DNA of 61,603 nucleotides, filler included, from Globobulimina sp. (Eukaryota): NCBI GenBank assembly GCA_003354225.1. It is 25 parts of 25 records of this genome, joined end to end, with 100 filler letters (N's around TTAATTAATTAA, not from the genome) between each part and the next. Parts side by side here need not be neighbours in the genome. Positions count along the whole stretch, not along the records: positions 59,239 to 61,603 come from PIVH01007120.1; 24 more parts are not named here. One strand, 5' to 3'. Shown piece by piece: positions 59,239 to 61,603 of this stretch (position 1 is its first letter; each line of letters starts with the position of its first letter). The notes under the pieces were generated by a model. It saw only the letters and a program-made list of their open reading frames with translations, ran no database searches and was not told where the DNA came from. The position numbers and the translations under genes were made by a program.

Positions 59239-61008
59239 TATTTTACCACAACTAATATGGTGACTATTGCAGCAAAGAAGCCATGCAATTTTATTAATAA
59301 TTATGGCTATGATATACCAACAGAACAATGCTTAATACTCTCAGCCACAGAGAGTCAAACCTATGAATGCAACGAATATGGATTGATTGAATATTCATAC
59401 TATCAGGAATCGATGCATTGCACTGGAAATAACTCATTTACATTTGCATATCCATTGAGCGGTATTATTGCTTATAATTGTGATGCAAAAACATGTTCAG
59501 ACCAACAATTTATGCAATTAATTATTTTTAAAGCGGAGGATGACTGCAGTGTTGATTCCGTGTCTGAGACAGGTTATGATTCACATTTGTATTTAATAAA
59601 TACTTGTATGGAGACACAAAATGGTGGAGGTGTTATATATGAATGTAGAAATAATAATAATTTTGGCGGATTATCGGGCGGATATTCAGTTACAACATTT
59701 TTAGATTCTGATTGTTTGACAAAATACGGTGATATAAAGATTTATAATGAGATTGAATGTATTCAACACTCACAAACACAGACACACCACAGACAACATA
59801 TGGTATTTTGTAATGGAACAAACGATATAATAATTGAGGAAAATCCGCATGAAGAATATGTTATTGATTGTAATTATTTTGTCAATGATAATATTGACCC
59901 ATTAGGTGTTGTGGGTGAGCCATTAGATACATGTATGTCTATTAAACATGGCGCATTATTGTACAGCAAGAAATATCAATGCAATTCTCATAAATCGGGC
60001 ATTGAAGAAGTTGTATACGTAGGGGAAGATTGCATGGATGAACATATTAAGTTTACTGTGGATAGGCCAGACTTTACCGATTTTTATTGCGATTCTCAAT
60101 ATTCGTGTGATTCAATGGTTGGTAATTATGATTCTGTATTAATTGGTAAACAATATACAAATGATACGTGTTCTGAAACGATTGGAAACTTTTGGTATTA
60201 TCAACATATAATAATTGATCAATGCTGGCCGATTGCCAATGGTTTATATGCCATAATATCATGTGATGAAAATGGATTTGTTTATCATTCATTATACAAT
60301 GATAAACAATGTACGTCATTCGCATTTAATCCGCAACGATTTAATTCATTTGATTGTATATTTGGTAAATTATTTGAAACCGTACATTGTCCGCATTGGA
60401 AGCACACAAATAAAACAACGCAACAACCACTTCTTATGACATCTACATCGATATCAAAGACGACCAATTCAGATAATTCATATGAGACTACTGAGAGTGT
60501 TGAACCTTCAAATACAATTTTTATGCCATCAGATATTGAAACAACACCAATTCACGAAACAGCTGAAGGTGAAAGAGGAGGAGGAGGAGGCGGAGTAGTT
60601 GAAGATATGAAGAAAGACAGAGAAGAATGTATAAATATGTTTGGTGGCAAAGATATTGGTGGTTTATCATGTAAACATTGGGCGAGTATCATATGGGCTT
60701 TGTTCGTGTTGGTGGCCGGAATCATTTCATGTTTTATATTTTGGTGTTGGTGCTCTAATGATACAAAATCAATTAGAAAGCAAAACTCTTTTTTATTAAA
60801 AAGAAATGGATCAAGATTGTCGGTTGCAAATGGAAATAATAATGATGATTTGCAACAGATTGTGATTCAACAATTAACCAAAGGACAGCATGTGAATGCA
60901 AATAAAAAACGTTACAATAATGGCCAGGTGCAGCATGTCAATGTAATACAGGAAGTAGAGGATGAGGATAACGATGAAAAATATGATGAGCCACCATTTA
61001 GTTTATGA
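59239..61008 (+). CDS. Type I membrane protein with duplicated Cys-rich ectodomain and Ser/Thr stalk, probably 5'-truncated
   Basis: Two copies of CN[F/Y]..N....P...C......S..Y.CN....IE..Y....C; Thr/Ser-rich stalk, TM and acidic cytosolic tail. Confidence 0.7.
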   Translation, partial: YFTTTNMVTIAAKKPCNFINNYGYDIPTEQCLILSATESQTYECNEYGLIEYSYYQESMHCTGNNSFTFAYPLSGIIAYNCDAKTCSDQQFMQLIIFKAEDDCSVDSVSETGYDSHLYLINTCMETQNGGGVIYECRNNNNFGGLSGGYSVTTFLDSDCLTKYGDIKIYNEIECIQHSQTQTHHRQHMVFCNGTNDIIIEENPHEEYVIDCNYFVNDNIDPLGVVGEPLDTCMSIKHGALLYSKKYQCNSHKSGIEEVVYVGEDCMDEHIKFTVDRPDFTDFYCDSQYSCDSMVGNYDSVLIGKQYTNDTCSETIGNFWYYQHIIIDQCWPIANGLYAIISCDENGFVYHSLYNDKQCTSFAFNPQRFNSFDCIFGKLFETVHCPHWKHTNKTTQQPLLMTSTSISKTTNSDNSYETTESVEPSNTIFMPSDIETTPIHETAEGERGGGGGGVVEDMKKDREECINMFGGKDIGGLSCKHWASIIWALFVLVAGIISCFIFWCWCSNDTKSIRKQNSFLLKRNGSRLSVANGNNNDDLQQIVIQQLTKGQHVNANKKRYNNGQVQHVNVIQEVEDEDNDEKYDEPPFSL

Positions 61009-61356
61009 TATTTTGGTTTTTGTTTAATTTTGTTTGTATAATTTTATTGTGATTATGTTTACTTTTTTCCCATTGTTTTGCATTTTGATTTGCAAATTCT
61101 GTATGTTGTGATATTATTTTTTTTGTTTTATTCTTTTTTCCCATTAGTAATATAATAGTAGTATTTAATGTTTTTTTCTTTAAGTTTACTTTTTTTTTCT
61201 CTCTCTCCCTTTTGGTTTTGGTTCTATTTTCATTTACTAATATTAAACTTGTGTTGGCTTTGTTCTGTGTTTGTTATAACTTTGCAAATCCAGAACAAAG
61301 TCAGAACAAATTTATAATTGAATGGAATGTATACAAAGGGAGGTTATCCATGGTTG

Positions 61357-61466
61357 CGTGTTTAGTTTTGATGTTTAGCGTTTAGTCTAAGACTAGTGTT
61401 TAGTGTTTAGTCTTGGTCTCTTGGTGTTTCGTGTTTATTGTTTAGTGTTTAGAAAGATGTTTAGTA
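61357..61466. repeat. Degenerate 7-mer array (TGTTTAG/TTTAGTG)
   Basis: About 8-10 interrupted copies of gtttag in about 110 nt. Confidence 0.6.
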
Positions 61467-61603
61467 TTCACTATTCAGTATATATGTGTATATATGTGTT
61501 TTGGTTTGGTTTGCCTTGTTTTGTTATTTTTTTTCCCATGAAACCAATCAAGAAAGCAGAAACCATAAATATTATCATCATCATTATGAAAACTAAAGGA
61601 AAA

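Noticed and set aside
1-61603. Alternative genetic code or stop-codon readthrough explaining split ORFs
   Set aside because: Nearly all splits are resolved by short canonical introns, and TAA, TAG and TGA all terminate conserved proteins.

Overview
This window is not a contiguous locus. It is 25 unrelated contigs of about 2.37 kb, sorted by decreasing length (2371 to 2365 nt). They are joined by artificial 100-nt linkers (N44-TTAATTAATTAA-N44, with stops in all six frames), so adjacency across linkers means nothing. The DNA is AT-rich, gene-dense eukaryotic nuclear sequence with the standard genetic code and short (51-88 nt) spliceosomal introns. The gene families present (SPRY-SAM, ART-like expansions, CPGxHGL zinc finger, orphan 7TM proteins, FNT, axonemal dynein IC, mitochondrial HslU) suggest a foraminiferan or related rhizarian protist; this assignment is inference. 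Recognisable housekeeping genes are AP-1 sigma, TSEN34, importin alpha, Aquarius, ASCC3/Slh1, HslU, cathepsin L-like, RNase Z-like, BolA, PhyH, serpin, CENP-S, ATR (UME region) and DNAI1. The best leads are: (1) an intron-containing Transib/RAG1-like DDE transposase; (2) a pseudo-E2 (Cys to Ser) + uncleavable ubiquitin + 2OG-Fe(II) dioxygenase fusion; (3) a VWA-E2 fusion; (4) an expanded ADP-ribosyltransferase-like family; (5) an unidentified GC-rich three-hairpin element; (6) splicing oddities (a 12-nt micro-exon, a GC-AG intron, an apparent intron lacking a good GT donor); and (7) a recurring C-rich 5' to G/T-rich 3' gradient within genes. All family calls come from motif recognition by eye, not database searches.
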